Source: Macrostomum hystrix
Taxonomy: Eukaryota; Animalia; Platyhelminthes
Assembly: GCA_950097015.1 (NCBI GenBank)
Contig: CATNEN010000003.1
Location: 14,818,001 to 14,882,000, forward strand
Direction: 5' to 3'
Length of the DNA stretch: 64,000 nt
Positions 49,210 to 62,710 of the stretch are shown here, one piece after another. The first letter of the stretch is position 1. Every line of letters begins with the position of its first letter. A program made the position numbers and the translations under genes. The notes under the pieces were generated by a model. It had not been told where the DNA came from. It saw only the letters and a list, made by a program, of their open reading frames with translations, and did not search any database.

Positions 49210-49281
49210 TTTCAAGGCTTCAATGAGCACAAGGAGAGAATAAAGCTAGCACTTTTACGTAATCAGCTGTTCCCAATTCAA
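49210..49281 (+). CDS. UTP20: UTP20 exon 2
   Basis: FQGFNEHKERIK. Canonical sites. Confidence 0.75.
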
Positions 49282-49376
49282 GTAAGTTTTTAAATCCTTA
49301 GTTTGCCTGTTTAGTTTATAATGCATGCCTTTTATGAATATTAAAATGCTTTCTTGAATTCCTAATTGATTTACAG

Positions 49377-49452
49377 TTGGAATCTGATGGTGAAACAAAG
49401 TGTGCCGCAGCTCTAGAAAAGTGGACTGATCTAAATGCCACTTCAGAGTATG
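49377..49452 (+). CDS. UTP20: UTP20 exon 3
   Basis: ALEKWTDLNATSEY matches the UTP20 N-terminal LxKWxxLN motif. Confidence 0.82.
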
Positions 49453-49536
49453 GTGAGTAGTGATAGTTTTACCTGTGCTTTAAAATTATAATGTAGCTAA
49501 TTTTGGCTTTAAAAAATACTATAACAAATTCTTTAG

Positions 49537-49598
49537 TTGCTTTTCGTCGCGAAGTAGAAGTTTTTGTCCAATCACTCGAGATTCTTGTACTCCACAAG
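49537..49598 (+). CDS. UTP20: UTP20 exon 4
   Basis: FRREVEVFVQSLEILVLHK. Confidence 0.82.
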
Positions 49599-49719
49599 GT
49601 GAGATAGTTAATGACGATATTTGTCGTGTTCTACTACTTACAAAGTTAATAAGTAGAAAAGTACGAGTACGATGTTTTAATTGTCGAATTCTAATTTGGT
49701 CCATTACAATTTTTTTCAG

Positions 49720-49790
49720 AATGACGTCATTGCTACCTTCAAGGAGGCGCTTGACAAGAGTACCGTCGATTCATTGCAGCCAATTATGGA
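49720..49790 (+). CDS. UTP20: UTP20 exon 5
   Basis: NDVIATFKEAL...SLQPIME. Confidence 0.82.
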
Positions 49791-49904
49791 GTGAGTTAAA
49801 GATCTACGAGTACTTTGCCATTGTACTCGCTACACTGCAATGCAATTCATACTTAAATCCTTTCACATTTAAATCCCAATAAAATACCATTCGCGTAGTA
49901 ATCA

Positions 49905-50560
49905 CACTCACTCCATAATCCCATTCACACTATAATCTCATTCCCACCATAATCTCATTCCCACTATAATCCCATTCCCACTATAATCCCATTCCCACTA
50001 TAATCCCATTCCCACTATAATCCCATTCCCACTATAATCCCATTCCCACCATAATCTCATTCCCACTATAATCTCATTCCCATTATAATCCCATTCCCAC
50101 TATAATCCCATTCCCACCATAATCCCATTCCCACTATAATCCCATTCCCACCATAATCGCATTCCCACTATAATCTCATTCCCATTATAATCCCATTCCC
50201 ACTATAATCCCATCCACACTATAATCCCAATCACACTATAAACCCATTCACACCATAATCCCATTCACACTATAAACCCATTCACAACATAATCCCATTC
50301 ACACTATAAACCCATTCACAACATAATCCCATTCACACCATAATCCCATTCACACCATAATCCCATTCACACTATAATCCCATTCACACCATAATCCCAT
50401 TCACACTATAAACCCATTCACACCATAAACCCATTCACAACATAATCCCATTCACACCATAATCCCATTCACACTATAAACCCATTCACACTAATCCTAT
50501 TCATACTAAATATCAAATGGGACTAAATATCTATTAATCCCATAATCCCATTCGCACTAC
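49905..50560. repeat. 17-bp minisatellite (CCCACTATAATCCCATT)
   Basis: Tandem units. Confidence 0.95.
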
Positions 50561-50587
50561 TTTATGTCTAACCTAACCAACTTCCAG

Positions 50588-50923
50588 ATTCGGTGTAGCT
50601 CTCTGTCTGGACCTTACCGAGGCTATGATCCCGGAGTTTGGCAGCCTGATTGACATCTACACGGGCCTGTTACATCGGCACTCAGCTGGCAGCAGTCACC
50701 AAGCCTTGGAACACGTGTTCACCGGCATCTCCTATACAATGTACGCGTTGAGGCGACAGCTTCGTCGTCAACCGGAGCTGGCCGCTAACCAATTGAAACC
50801 GCTGCTATTGGCTGGCGGTCACGTGACCGAATTGGCTGCCGAATCATTCGCCTTCCTATTGAGAAAACTGCCTCTACAGTCTCAACAGTTGACTAACAGA
50901 CTTTTGGATTTGCTGGCTAGTTG
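50588..50923 (+). CDS. UTP20: UTP20 exon 6
   Basis: ALCLDL, LAAESFAFLLRK (conserved UTP20 motif). Confidence 0.88.
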
Positions 50924-50954
50924 GTGCGTGTGTTTAACATCTACGAGTATAATC

Positions 50955-51360
50955 TTCCTTAGATGTTTGAGTAGATATCTTATCTATTCTCCTAGATGTT
51001 TGAGTAGATATCTTATCTCTTCTCCTAGTTGTTTGAGTAGATATCTTATCTCTTCTCCTAGTTGTTTGAGTAGATATCTTATCTCTTCTCCTAGTTGTTT
51101 GAGTAGATATCTTATCTATTCTCCTAGATGTTTGTGTAGATATCTTATCTCTTCTCCTAGATGTTTGATTAGACATCTTATCTATTCTCCTAGATGTTTG
51201 AGTAGATATCTTATCTATTCTCCTAGTTGTTTGAGTAGATATCTTATCTATTCTCCTAGATGTTTGAGTAGATATCTTGTCTTTTCTCCTAGATGTTTGA
51301 GTTGATATCTTATCTATTCCCCTAGATATTTCAGTTTGAGATATATTATATCTTCCCCTA
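50955..51360. repeat. 33-bp minisatellite (TCTCCTAGATGTTTGAGTAGATATCTTATCTAT)
   Basis: Tandem units. Confidence 0.95.
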
Positions 51361-51411
51361 GACTTTTGATTAGATACGACTTTATTAAGTACCAACTGTT
51401 TTTAACACCAG

Positions 51412-52341
51412 GCTGAAATCGTCAGTCAGTGAGGACAGTATGAACGATCATCATTTAGCCGACAATGCCACACTAACTGAGGCTGTATCTGCCGCAGTTT
51501 TCTATTGGCTCAGAGGCGCATCCAATCAACTGGCTGTTGGACAATTTCAATCTGTCTATCCGCGTCTGCTCGATTGGCTAGAAAATGATGACAAGTCGAT
51601 GGTGTTACTGCACTGCTTAGTGCTAATTCATGCTAGATTATTGAAGCATTTGAAATGCAAGGACATTGTTGATTCCAAACTAGACGATCACGCGGAACCA
51701 ATACGCCGTCAATTAATTGATCGTATTTTAAAATCCCATTCTACTTTCAATGGTACGGCCGAATTGGTTGCTAGGCTGTTGCTAGGCGAATTAGATAGTG
51801 AACAATCCGATTCGAAGTCGTCTAAAAATGTACGCCTAGCCGAACAGTTTCAACGAACCCTACTAATAGGTCGAGACGGTCAAAAAAATCTTGAACGCTG
51901 GTGTAGATGCGTTGAACAATTGTTGGTCGATAGACAAACTTCAATGTTGTCGGAGTCCATCACTCGACTGACCGCTGGCTTGACTCGCTTCTGTTGCTTC
52001 GCTAATCAAGACGATGCTGAGGATTTTTGTCGACGCCTGTTTATTAGCTATCAATCTGCTGCACCCGATGCTGATGGCTGGTTGAAACAATTTCAATTTG
52101 TCAGTCTAGCTCACAACGACGCGGCTGTTGTTTTATCGGACCGAAGTAAACTATTTTTGAAATTCGCAATGCCCATGCTGGCTAAAGCTGCTTTGCTAGG
52201 CTTAGCTAGCTCCAATTGGACTGCTCTCGAGTGTCTAGGAAGTTTCTGTTTGAATCCTACATCCGGTTGTCGTCTGGCTGACGCGGAAACTTTTCAACCG
52301 GTGCCAACGGATGAGCAACTGTTGAACTGGGCCGAGTGCCG
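51412..52341 (+). CDS. UTP20: UTP20 exon 7 (helical/HEAT-like)
   Basis: Open frame with phase-2 junctions on both sides. Confidence 0.82.
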
Positions 52342-52399
52342 GTGAGTTAAGACTTTTCAAATGAGACAATTTGCTAGTGGATGTGGGTACTTAACTCCC

Positions 52400-52600
52400 A
52401 GATTTCACATTCCCCATAATTTCATCGCCCTAAATTTCACTTACCTAAAATTCATATCCTGGCCTAAATTTTAGATCCACATACTTCACTTCCCCATATT
52501 TTATATCCCCATATTTCACTTCCCCATTTTTCACTTCCCCATATTTCACTTCCCCATATTTCACTTCCCCATATTTCACTTCCCCATTTTTGTCCCCATC
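52400..52600. repeat. 15-bp minisatellite (TTTCACTTCCCCATA)
   Basis: Short tandem array. Confidence 0.85.
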
Positions 52601-52604
52601 CCTA

Positions 52605-52800
52605 ACCCTAACTTGCTTCAGTTCACCCAGCTGTAAAATGGGTACCAGCATTAGCTGGGGTAATTGAGGGTGGGTGTGGCGTCCCCCCAATCCATGGACT
52701 GAACAGCCGTACGCAGCCTTCAGATGCGCCGCGCAATAGCTGCGGCTGTGCTGTCGGCTGCACATCTGGCCCAATTATGGCAGGTGTAATCAATTGGGTA
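52605..52800 (+). mobile_element. SINE family 1, 5'-truncated
   Basis: GCTTCAGTTCACCCAGCTGTAAAATGGGTACC plus the shared body. Confidence 0.9.
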
Positions 52801-52850
52801 ATTATTTATCAAATTATGCTTAGTACTGTTAATTTAAATTTTCATTTTAG

Positions 52851-52967
52851 GGCTGAGGAGCATCTGATAAATCAATTCAACACACTAATTGATAACCTGC
52901 CTGACAATGATTTATTATGCTATCGACTAGCTTTGAGTTGTAGTTTTCTACCGTTCAGCAAGTTCTC
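52851..52967 (+). CDS. UTP20: UTP20 exon 8
   Basis: ttttag| acceptor and |gtaagt donor, phase 2/2. Confidence 0.8.
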
Positions 52968-52989
52968 GTAAGTTTTATTGCTTTTTTGT

Positions 52990-55900
52990 CACAGTATTTG
53001 CTTGTTAGACATGGTTTTCCTCCTTGAAACTCTGTTAGAAACGTTATTTACCTGTTTGACACAGCATTTGCCTGTTACACACGACATTTGCCTGTTAGAC
53101 ACGGTATTCGCTTGTTAGACATGATATTCACATGTTAGACACGGCATTCACATGTTAGACAATGTATTTACCTGTTAGACACTGTATTCACATGTTAGAC
53201 ATGATATTCACATGTTAGACACGGCATTCACATGTTAGACATGATATTCACATGTTAGACACGGCATTCACATGTTAGACAATGTATTTACCTGTTAGAC
53301 ACTGTATTCACATGTTAGACATGATATTCACATGTTAGACATGATATTCACATGTTAGACACGGCATTCACATGTTAGACATGATATTCACATGTTAGAC
53401 ATGATATTCACATGTTAGACATGATATTCACATGTTAGACACGGCATTCACATGTTAGACAATGTATTCACATGTTAGACACTGTATTCACGTGTTAGAC
53501 ACGGCATTCACATGTTAGACATGATATTCACATGTTAGTCACTGTATTCACATGTTAGACACTGAATTCACATGTTAGACATGATATTCACATGTTAGAC
53601 ACGGCATTCACATGTTAGACAATGTATTTACCTGTTAGACACTGTATTCACATGTTAGACACGGCATTCACATGTTAGACACTGTATTCACATGTTAGAC
53701 ACTGTATTCACATGTTAGAAACGGCATTCACATGTTAGACACTGTATTCACATGTTTGACACTGTATTCACATGTTAGACACTGTATTCACATGTTAGAC
53801 ACTGTATTCACATGTTTGACAATGTATTCACATGTTAGACACTGTATTCACATGTTAGACACTGTATTCACATGTTAACAATGTATTCACATGTTAGACA
53901 CGGCATTCACATGTTAGACATGATATTCACATGTTAGACATGATATTCACATGTTAGACATGATATTCACATGTTAAACACGGCATTCACATGTTAGACA
54001 ATGTATTTACCTGTTAGACACTGTATTCACATGTTAGACACGGCATTCACATGTTAGACACTGTATTCACATGTTAGACACTGTATTCACATGTTAGACA
54101 TGATATTCACATGTTAGACATGATATTCACATGTTAGACACGGCATTCACATGTTAGACATGATATTCACATGTTAGACATGATATTCACATGTTAGACA
54201 TGATATTCACATGTTAGACACGGCATTCACATGTTAGACAATGTATTCACATGTTAGACACTGTATTCACGTGTTAGACACGGCATTCACATGTTAGACA
54301 TGATATTCACATGTTAGACATGATATTCACATGTTAGACATGATATTCACATGTTAGACATGATATTCACATGTTAGACATGATAGTCACATGTTAGACA
54401 CGGCATTCACATGTTAGACACTGTATTCACATGTTAGACACTGTATTCACATGTTAGACACTGAATTCACATGTTAGACATGATATTCACATGTTAGACA
54501 CGGCATTCACATGTTAGACAATGTATTTACCTGTTAGACACTGTATTTACATGTTAGACATGATATTCACATGTTAGACACTGTATTCACATGTTAGACA
54601 CTGTATTCACATGTTAGAAACGGCATTCACATGTTAGACACTGTATTCACATGTTTGACACTGTATTCACATGTTAGACACTGTATTCACATGTTTGACA
54701 ATGTATTCACATGTTAGACACTGTATTCACATGTTAGACACTGTATTCACATGTTAACAATGTATTCACATGTTAGACACGGCATTCACATGTAGGACAC
54801 TGTATTCACATGTTAGACACTGAATTCACATGTTAGACATGATATTCACATGTTAGACACGGCATTCACATGTTAGACAATGTATTTACCTGTTAGACAC
54901 TGTATTTACATGTTAGACATGATATTCACATGTTAGACACTGTATTCACATGTTAGACACTGTATTCACATGTTAGACACGGCATTCACATGTTAGACAC
55001 TGTATTCACATGTTAGACACGGCATTCACATGTTAGACACTGTATTCACATGTTAGACACTGTATTCACATGTTAGACACTGTATTCACATGTTAGACAC
55101 TGTATTCACATGTTAGACACTGTATTCACATGTTAGACACGGCATTCACATGTTAGACACTGTATTTACCTGTTAGACATGATATTCACATGTTAGACAT
55201 GATATTCACATGTTAGACATGATATTCACATGTTAGACATGATATTCACATGTTAGACACGGCATTCACATGTTAGACAATGTATTCACATGTTAGACAA
55301 TGTATTTACCTGTTAGACACTGTATTTACATGTTAGACATGATATTCACATGTTAGACACTGTATTCACATGTTAGACACTGTATTCACATGTTAGACAC
55401 GGCATTCACATGTTAGACACTGTATTCACATGTTAGACACGGCATTCACATGTTAGACACTGTATTCACATGTTAGACACTGTATTCACATGTTAGACAC
55501 TGTATTCACATGTTAGACACTGTATTCACATGTTAGACACTGTATTCACATGTTAGACACTGTATTCACATGTTAGACACTGTATTCACATGTTAGACAC
55601 GGCATTCACATGTTAGACACTGTATTTACCTGGTAGACATGATATTCACATGTTAGACATGATATTCACATGTTAGACATGATATTCACATGTTAGACAT
55701 GATATTCACATGTTAGACACGGCATTCACATGTTAGACAATGTATTCACATGTTAGACACTGTATTCACATGTTAGACACGGCATTCACATGTTAGACAC
55801 TGTATTCACATGTTAGACACTGTATTCACATGTTAGACACTGAATTCACATGTTAGACATGATATTCACATGTTAGACACGGCATTCACATGTTAGACAA

Positions 55901-57030
55901 TGTATTTACCTGTTAGACACTGTATTTACATGTTAGACATGATATTCACATGTTAGACACTGTATTCACATGTTAGACACTGTATTCACATGTTAGAAAC
56001 GGCATTCACATGTTAGACACTGTATTCACATGTTTGACACTGTATTCACATGTTAGACACTGTATTCACATGTTAGACACTGTATTCACATGTTTGACAA
56101 TGTATTCACATGTTAGACACTGTATTCACATGTTAGACACTGTATTCACATGTTAACAATGTATTCACATGTTAGACACTGTATTCACATGTTAGACACT
56201 GTATTCACATGTTAGACACTGTATTCACATGTTAGACACTGTATTCACATGTTAGACACGGCATTCACATGTTAGACACTGCATTCACATGTTAGACAAT
56301 GTATTTACCTGTTAGACACTGTATTTACATGTTAGACATGATATTCACATGTTAGACACTGTATTCACATGTTAGACACTGTATTCACATGTTAGACACG
56401 GCATTCACATGTTAGACACTGTATTCACATGTTAGACACGGCATTCACATGTTAGACACTGTATTCACATGTTAGACACTGTATTCACATGTTAGACACT
56501 GTATTCACATGTTAGACACTGTATTCACATGTTAGACACTGTATTTACATGTTAGACATAATATTCACATGTTAGACACTGTATTCACATGTTAGACACT
56601 GTATTCACATGTTAGACACTGTATTTACCTGTTAGACACTGTATTCACATGTTAGACATGATATTCACATGTTAGACACGGCATTCACTTGTTAGACAAT
56701 GTATTTACCTGTTAGACACTGTATTCACATGTTAGACACTGTATTCACATGTTAGACACTGTATTCACATGTTAGACACTGTATTCACATGTTAGACACT
56801 GTATTCACATGTTAGACACTATTCACATGTTAGACACTGTATTCACATGTTAGACACTGTATTCACATGTTAGACACTGTATTTACCTGTTAGACACTGT
56901 ATTCACATGTTAGACATGATATTCACATGTTAGACACGGCATTCACTTGTTAGACAATGTATTTACCTGTTAGACACTGTATTCACATGTTAGACACTGT
57001 ATTCACATGTTAGACATGGCATTTGCCTGA
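52990..57030. repeat. 4-kb array of a 20-bp unit (ATTCACATGTTAGAC plus a variable 5-mer)
   Basis: About 200 units. Confidence 0.97.
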
Positions 57031-57126
57031 TAGAAAGGACATATGCTTTTAAGACAGGACGTCTACCTGTTACAATCGCACATTTAAATTATAACCGTAT
57101 ATATTGTTTCTGACATCGAATTTCAG

Positions 57127-58309
57127 ATCGAATGCATCGGCTTGCCTAGCAACCCTATCCGACAAGCTAATTAGTCTAATTAAGCGTCAACTAGGACAAA
57201 CAAAGACCTCTAATCTTACAATGGAGCAGTGTCACGCTCTATTTCGAGTAATCTACGCGCTGCTACATCTAATTCCTAATTCTGCCAACAATCAATTGCT
57301 GCTAGCCCTGTTAAACTGTCTTCTAGAAGCATTGCCGTCAAACTGTCAAAGTTCTCTGTATTGGAAGTGTATCGATTTTATTTTATCAAATTTAACTGAC
57401 AGTCAGCTACTACTAGAAGTAGTTACTAAAGAATCAACAATTGAGACTCTAGCCTTGGAAAGTCTTAGTTCGCCGAGTCATTGCGTTCGATTGCATAGTC
57501 TACAGTTTCTAAAGCGTCTATTAGCCTGTAGAGTAGATTATAACAAAGTCGAAGAAGATAAAGATTATTTGTTGCAGACATTGCGCTGCCTTGAGAACTG
57601 TATAACTGCCGAGTCTTTGCCAGTTGGAATTGAGAACTTGCGCGATTGTTTGCGCTATCTGGACTGCATCGATGCTGAACGCATGGCTAAGCCTCCTAAT
57701 AATTACATCAGCAGTCTGTGTTGTCGCTATCTGTTAGGCCTATTAAGAACTCAATTCACGCCGTTATGGACTCACGTATCGAAACTGTTAGCTACTCACG
57801 CCAGTGTTGGAACCGGTGAAGCTTTCTGGTCTTGTTTCAGCCCAACTCTAACTAACGCCAATGCTGCCAATACTTCTACGGCAAACATTGTCCATAGCGA
57901 CGAAGGCGCCGCTGTTGTTGCTATGGAAACCGATGACGAAGAGAAAGACAATGATTGCATTAGCAACGAAGCTAAACGACTTGCCTACGGTCAGTCTAGT
58001 TCGAATTTAGAACGAATCGATCCCCTGACCTACCGTCTGCAGCTGTGGAAGTGTCTGCATCGGCTGCAGCCTCAATTAGTTGCTAAGCGAACAGGTGTCA
58101 CATCGCCACTGATTCTGGGCAGTTTGCGCGACGGTGAATTTTGTCCTAGTCCAAATCGAGAGCCTTGGATTGTGCGAAAGCGTTGTCAAGCAACTCTGGT
58201 TGCTATGCTAGATTTGTACGCTAATTTGGGCAAAACTATTAAGTGCGTCAGTAGCGAAGCAGAATTGCATCGCTGGTACTACAGTCTGTTACAGTGCTCA
58301 AATATTCAG
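57127..58309 (+). CDS. UTP20: UTP20 exon 9
   Basis: LSSPSHCVRLHSLQFL, YLLGLLRTQFTPLW, YRLQLWKCL. Confidence 0.88.
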
Positions 58310-58349
58310 GTAGGTGCTGGCTGTAATGCTTTTTGATTGCTTGAAAATG

Positions 58350-59210
58350 AAATGTTAGACAGGATTCCAAGGTATTAGAACATGTTACACAGGATTCCAA
58401 GGTATTAGAACACGTTAACACAGGATTCCAAGGTATTAGAACACGTTACACAGAATCCTACACAGAAATTACACAGAATTTCAATGTGTTAGAACATGTT
58501 AGACAGGATTTCAATGTGTTAGAACATGTTAGACAGGATTTCAAGGTGTTAAAACATGTTACAAATGATTTCAATGTGTTAGAACATGTTACACAGGATT
58601 TCAATGTGTTAGAACATGTTACACAGGATTTCAATGTGTTAGAACATGTTACACAGGATTTCAATGTGTTAGAACATGTTACACAGGATTTCAATGTGTT
58701 AGAACATGTTAGACAGGATTTCAATGTGTTAGAACCTGTTAGACAGGATTTCAAGGTGTTAGAACCTGTTAGACAGGATTTCAAGGTTTTAGAACCTGTT
58801 AGACAGGATTTCAAGGTGTTAGAACCTGTTAGACAGAATTTCAATGTGTTAGAACATGTTACACAGGAATTAAATGTGTTAGAACATGTTAGACAGGATT
58901 TCAATGTGTTAGAACATGTTAGACAGGATTTCAAGGTGTTAGAACCTGTTAGACAGGAATTAAATGTGTTAGAACATGTTAGACAGGATTTTAATGTGTT
59001 CGAACATGTTACACAGGATTTCAATGTGTTAGAACATGTTACACAGGATTTCAAGGTGTTAGAACCTGTTAGACAGAATTTCAATGTTTTAGAACATGTT
59101 ACACAGGAATTAAATGTGTTAGAACATGTTAGACAGGATTTTAATGTGTTAGAACATGTTAGACAGGATTTCAATGTGTTAGAACATGTTACACAGGATT
59201 TCAATGTGAG
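58350..59210. repeat. 30-bp minisatellite (AGAACATGTTAGACAGGATTTCAATGTGTT)
   Basis: Tandem units. Confidence 0.95.
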
Positions 59211-59346
59211 ATTTTGAGAAAATGTTACGTACTGTCCACAAATTCCTTCATGTTTGATAAGATGCTAACATGTTACACCTTGGGGCAATCGGTTGTCAGT
59301 TCGATTAATTAATAAAAAATTCAAATATTTTGCAATAAAAACGCAG

Positions 59347-60017
59347 GTCAGAAAGGCTGCCCTTCGCTGCATCCTAGCCTACGGCGACAAGGCATTGGCC
59401 GTTAAATCAACCGGGGCCTCTGTTGATTGGTTAGCATTTCTCAATCGATTAGCCGATTATCGCTCTATTAAAGAGGCTTTAGTTAGCATTGGCGGTGATT
59501 TAACAGCAGCCAATGAAACGCAGAGGCAAGCGGTACTAGCGGTTGCTATGCGCTTGTTGCTAGGCAGGGTCCGTTGCGGCGGCGGAGTCGGCGGCGGCAG
59601 CGGCGGCCAACTGCAGTGCATTTTCGCTTTCCTAGAAGAGTCCTGTCAACTTGAAGAGCGCAGAAATTTTCTAAACCAATTATTATTTGAGCAGTACTCT
59701 GCAATTAGCTTAGACAATATTGCTGGCATTGAAATCACATCCGATGTGTCAGTTGGACGTCTGCAGGCTTCGGCTAAGTGCGCCCTGTTGGTGATGTCTA
59801 GCATGCGATTAGACCAGAGTGATTTGTGTCGCATCTATAGTCTATTTCTATGCTTCTGCGCTTTGCTGCCAAGGCTAGCAGCTGAGTTATCCGGTGGTCG
59901 AACTGCCAATAGTCAATTGAGAGGCCTAAGACAGGCTTGTCAACGAGGCGTGCTTAGAGCTTTGGAATCTGGAAATGATCGACAGCTGACTCAACGGCTC
60001 ATCGACGATACGTTCAA
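59347..60017 (+). CDS. UTP20: UTP20 exon 10 (DRIM-domain region)
   Basis: QVRKAALRCILAY, MRLLLGR, QLRGLRQ, at ~aa 965. Confidence 0.88.
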
Positions 60018-60079
60018 GTGAGCATTTTTAGCTTAGTGTTGCTTTTTTTCTTGAATTCCATTGGCTATTCATATTTCTA

Positions 60080-60515
60080 GAAACTTCCCAAATCCTCAAT
60101 TACGGATTCTTTCCAGATCCTCAATTACCGATTCTTCTCAGATCCTCATTTACCTATTCTAACCATATCCTCAACTACTATTCCCAGATCCTCAATAACT
60201 GATTTTTCCCAGATCCTCAATTGCCGATTCTTCCCAGATCCTCAATTTCCTTTTCTTACCAGATCCTCAACGACCATTCTTCCCAGATCCTCAACTACCG
60301 ATTCTTCCCAGATCCTCAACTACCGTTCTTCCCAGATCCTTAACTACCGATTCTTCCCAGATCCTCAACTACCGATTCTTCCCAGATCCTCAACTACCGA
60401 TTCTTCCCAGATCCTCAACTACCGATTCTTCCCAGATCCTTAACTACCGATTCTTCCCAGATCCTCAACTACCGATTCTTCCCAGATCCTCAACTACCAT
60501 TCTTCCCAGATCCTC
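60080..60515. repeat. 25-bp minisatellite (TTCTTCCCAGATCCTCAACTACCGA)
   Basis: Tandem units. Confidence 0.93.
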
Positions 60516-60543
60516 AGAATTTACCCGCCTCCCAAAATTGCAG

Positions 60544-61200
60544 GCACTGCGTCGAGCCGCAGCTACCCCGGCTAGCAACCGAAGCTGCAACTGCTAGCTC
60601 ACCAAATTTAGCCATTCGTCTGCTGCAACTTTGGTCAGCCGATAATAGATACGATCGCCTAGTCGAGGGCCAACCGATTCAAGTGTTGGCTTCGTTGCTA
60701 AGCAACGCCAATGCTAGTGAACAGATTCTAATAGCCTGCCTGACCGTGTTTAACAATTTGCTTAGCGAAGATCCGACTCTATCCGAAGTAGAATTATTCT
60801 CCAACGATCCTCAGTACTCTACTGACAGTAGCAATAGAAAACTATCTCGTCCGCATTTTGTGGCGCCAGTAGCGGACAATTTGGCTAATTTTGTAGCCGA
60901 TCGTTTGTCGCCGGGCAAATTGGAATCATTGCCAGACGTGTCACGTGATTCTCTCAGACTACTGGCCCTACTAGTTGACAATGGCCTGTACAGAGCTGAG
61001 GCTTGCGAAAAATTAGCCGCCGCTATTCTTCGCCTGCTATTGACCCCGGATGGCGGCGGGCGGGCTAAGAAGAAACGCGGCCAAAAGGGCGGGGGCGGCG
61101 GTAGCGGCTTCCTGCGTGGAGACGAGTTTCAAGCGCGCCTATTGGCTGCTCTGTTGACTCTTTTGAGAAGGGCGGACTCGCCCTGTAGGACTCTGTTTCT
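60544..61200 (+). CDS. UTP20: UTP20 exon 11
   Basis: VEPQLPRLATE...LLQLWS. Phase 2/2. Confidence 0.85.
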
Positions 61201-61369
61201 GTGAGTATCTATGGCCATAATGAAGATTCTCTTTTTTCGGTAAAATTTCTCTTATGTTTTGTATAAGTCCTCTTCGGTGTCTTTGATATCGATTGGGATT
61301 TTTAAGTCATGTTTCGGGACCCTTTCGGTTGAGCTTTTGAAAACAGTTTACGGTGAGATTTTAAGACTA

Positions 61370-62430
61370 AATTGCGGTGAGATTTTGACCGATCGATTTC
61401 GGATGAGATTTTGCGACCGATTATGGTGAGATTTTGAGACCGATTATGGTGAGACTTCGAGACCGATTATGATGAGACTTCGAGACCGATTATGGTGAAA
61501 CTTTGAGACCGATTATGGTGAAACTTTGAGACCGATTATGGTGAGACTTTGAGACCGATTATGGTGAGATTTTGAGACCGATTATGGTGAGACTTCGAGA
61601 CCGATTATGGTGAGACTTCGAGACCGATTATGGTGAGACTTCGAGACCGATTATGGTGAGATTTTGAGACCGATTATGGTGAGACTTCGAGACCGATTAT
61701 GGTGAGATTTCGAGACCGATTATGGTGAGATTTTGAGACCGATTATGGTGAGACTTCGAGACCGATTATGGTGAGACTTTGAGACCGATTATGGTGAGAC
61801 TTTGAGACCGATTATGGTGAGATTTTGAGACCGATTATGGTGAGACTTTGAGACCGATTATTGTGAAACTTTGAGACCGATTATGGTGAAACTTTGAGAC
61901 CGATTATGGTGAGACTTTGAGACCGATTATGGTGAGACTTTGAGACCGATTATGGTGAGATTTTGAGACCGATTATGGTGAGACTTTGAGACCGATTATG
62001 GTGAAACTTTGAGACCGATTATGGTGAAACTTTGAGACCGATTATGGTGAGACTTTGAGACCGATTATGGTGAGACTTTGAGACCGTTTATGGTGAGATT
62101 TTGAGACCGATTTCGGTTGAGATTTTGAGACCGATTTCGGTTGAGATTTTGAGACGATTACGGGTGAGATTTTGAGACGATTTCGGGTGAGATTTTGAGA
62201 CGATTTCGGGTGAGATTTTGATACCGATTTCGGGTGAGATTTTGAGACGATTTCGGGTGAGATTTTGAGACGATTTCGGGTGAGATTTTGAGACGATTTT
62301 GGGTGAGATTTTGAGACCGATTTCGCGTGAGATTTTGAGACCGATTTCGGGTGAGATTTTGAGACTGATTTCGGTTGAGATTTTGAGACGATTTCGGGTG
62401 AGATTTTGAGACCGATTCTGCGTGAGATTT
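61370..62430. repeat. 23-bp minisatellite (GAGACCGATTATGGTGAGACTTT) grading into GAGACGATTTCGGGTGAGATTTT
   Basis: Tandem units. Confidence 0.95.
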
Positions 62431-62583
62431 TGAAACCGACTTCGTGTAATATTGTAATGATCGATTTCGAGTGAGATTTTAGGACTTTCTAGTTTCGATT
62501 TCGACCCCTATTCAGGATGTTATTCTAATACAGATATATTTTTAATGACTTGCAACTAATATGCACAATAATCCCTGTTTTAG

Positions 62584-62710
62584 GCAAGCATTCACACTGT
62601 TCTCTAAGCTATCTTATCGCTCGAGTCGAATACTGCTTTGCCAAATAGCCGAAGTTGCCGTCACCAAACTGGGCGTAGTCAATCAGCCTCTAGGCGAATT
62701 GGCAAACGAT
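62584..62710 (+). CDS. UTP20: UTP20 exon 12; the gene continues beyond the window
   Basis: LFSKLSYRSSRILLC. The 12 exons total 4347 nt, in frame. Confidence 0.82.

Noticed and set aside
52990-57030. CRISPR-like array (constant repeat plus variable slot)
   Set aside because: The variable part is only 5 nt from a few recurring variants. It lies in a eukaryotic intron and there are no cas genes.
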